Shown piece by piece: positions 62,745-64,000 of a stretch of DNA of 64,000 nucleotides (position 1 is the first letter of the stretch; the number at the start of each line of letters is the position of its first letter). Where the stretch lies: NCBI GenBank assembly GCA_010909165.1, contig MU008158.1, positions 2,877,478-2,941,477 on the forward strand, given 5' to 3'. Both the position numbers and the translations under genes were made by a program. The notes under the pieces are model-generated. The model searched no databases and was not told the origin of the DNA. It was given only the letters and a program-made list of their open reading frames with translations. This stretch comes from Anthoceros angustus. Its lineage: Eukaryota; Plantae; Anthocerotophyta.

Positions 62745-62876
62745 GAAGGGTAAGAGTTGGAGCCTTCACCTATAAGTTCAACATGCAGGCACACACTTGG
62801 ATACAATTATGTGTGTGCAGATCGCAGCTACTTGTGGTTGAATGTGCAGGTGCTCATGTGTTGGTGTGGGTCTGCA

Positions 62877-63000
62877 CACTATAAGAAAATGAGGGTTTTT
62901 ACAACAGTTTTTACAACAGGTGTTACAACGCGGCGTTGTAAAACGGCGCAACAACGCCGTTGTAGACCGAAAGCTTCATGACGTTGTAAAATTGCTGACA
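62877..63000 (+). mobile_element. Left terminus of a CACTA (En/Spm) element
   Basis: CACTATAAGAAAAT at 62877, followed by direct and inverted subterminal TACAAC/GTTGTA repeats. The partner end is not in the window. Confidence 0.7.
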
Positions 63001-64000
63001 TGGCCAGTTCCAGCGCCATGTCATTAAAGTGGTGATATGGTGCCACATCACCGCCACATGTGCAACCCTCGCGCGGGGACAAAAGAGTCCTTCAACCGGC
63101 CAAGGTCATCAAGGATCCATGTTGGCGTTGGCGAGTGCTTGCTTCGATAGAAGGTTTGGAGGGGCCATGCAATGCCACGCGAATGAAGGTTGCAGAGGAG
63201 GCCGCCGACCGGGAGCGGGGAGTGGAAGTGAAGGAGGAGGCGGTAAGCACTTACCTCTGTACCTTTTCGCTTGAGAGTTGAGCATGGTTGTCGCATGCAC
63301 TAACGGGCTGTTCATTGTGGCGAGACAGTGATGGGGACACCCTTGGCAAACCGGAGGAGCACTTGGAGATAGGAGCGTGAAGTGGGTTACCTAGGTTTTT
63401 TTGCAAGCGATCCGTAGACTAGAAGCGGGGCGGGAGGAAGAGAAAGGGAGGGAGAGGGGTTGGATGCTTCGTAGCTTTCGTGGCTTCACCGGGTCGAGTT
63501 GGGGACGGCAATCACATGATTTTGTGTATGTCAAGTTTTAGCGTCGATGTGCAAGCCATGGTCCGCCAAGTGTGAAGCGGAAACGGGGTTTTGAGTTTGG
63601 GGAATGCGATTCGGGAATGTTTTGTCCACATCGGACACCGGTGGCTATGAGCCAACGGTCAATGTCACATGGCATGGACTAGAGGCGGTTACATGTGAAC
63701 TACACCATAGCGGTTTTCCAATACTTTATTAGCGAGAAATGTATTCATCAGATATACTTTGTACCTTGGGGATGTATATTTGAATAATATTATTCCATGT
63801 ATTTTACATGAATAACCCTAAGGCCCACAAACAAAGGAGCCGCTAGTGATGCATTCTCCCAATTGTGTAACATGACGGTGTACACTTTTCCATATGCCGC
63901 TTTGTAAAGGTAGCTTTGGTCGTAATGTATCCCAAAAGTGACACGATTGAAATAAAGCCTAAATAAATGTTCTAGTCTTACGCCATAAATTTATAAGGAT

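Larger units (their letters stand above)
61665..64000. repeat. About 1.5-kb imperfect tandem duplication (second copy from ~63176 runs off the window)
   Basis: 61665-62500 matches 63176-64000 with scattered indels. Junction homology CCATGCAA..ACGCGAATGAAGG. Confidence 0.9.

Overview
Eukaryotic nuclear DNA from a land plant. Very short GT-AG introns, tiny intergenic spacers and the gene content suggest a compact seedless-plant genome such as a Selaginella-type lycophyte (inference). The left half (1-33.9 kb) is gene-dense, with nine genes: a filamin/CCCH/RRM/RS splicing-type gene, AIR9, a divergent COR413 membrane protein, AUG7, D-cysteine desulfhydrase 2, a PPR-SMR gene, a probable START-type PITP + DUF547 fusion, a DUF616 glycosyltransferase-like gene and a TIR1/COI1-family F-box gene with a mosaic ligand pocket. 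The right half (34-64 kb) is nested mobile DNA: a CRE-like non-LTR element, gypsy/gag remnants and a CACTA left end. The main observation is a large TIR DNA transposon at 41232-62744, with 26-bp TIRs (24/26 identical) and a 4-bp TSD GAAG. It carries a Sola-like/DUF7869 DDD transposase head-to-head with a frameshifted gene that reads as ParB-like domain + beta-class N4C/N6A DNA methyltransferase + SET domain. A gag-only LTR element is inserted between those two genes. Many imperfect tandem duplications with microhomology junctions and scattered indels suggest poorly polished long-read assembly, so frameshifts cannot be taken as proof of pseudogenisation.
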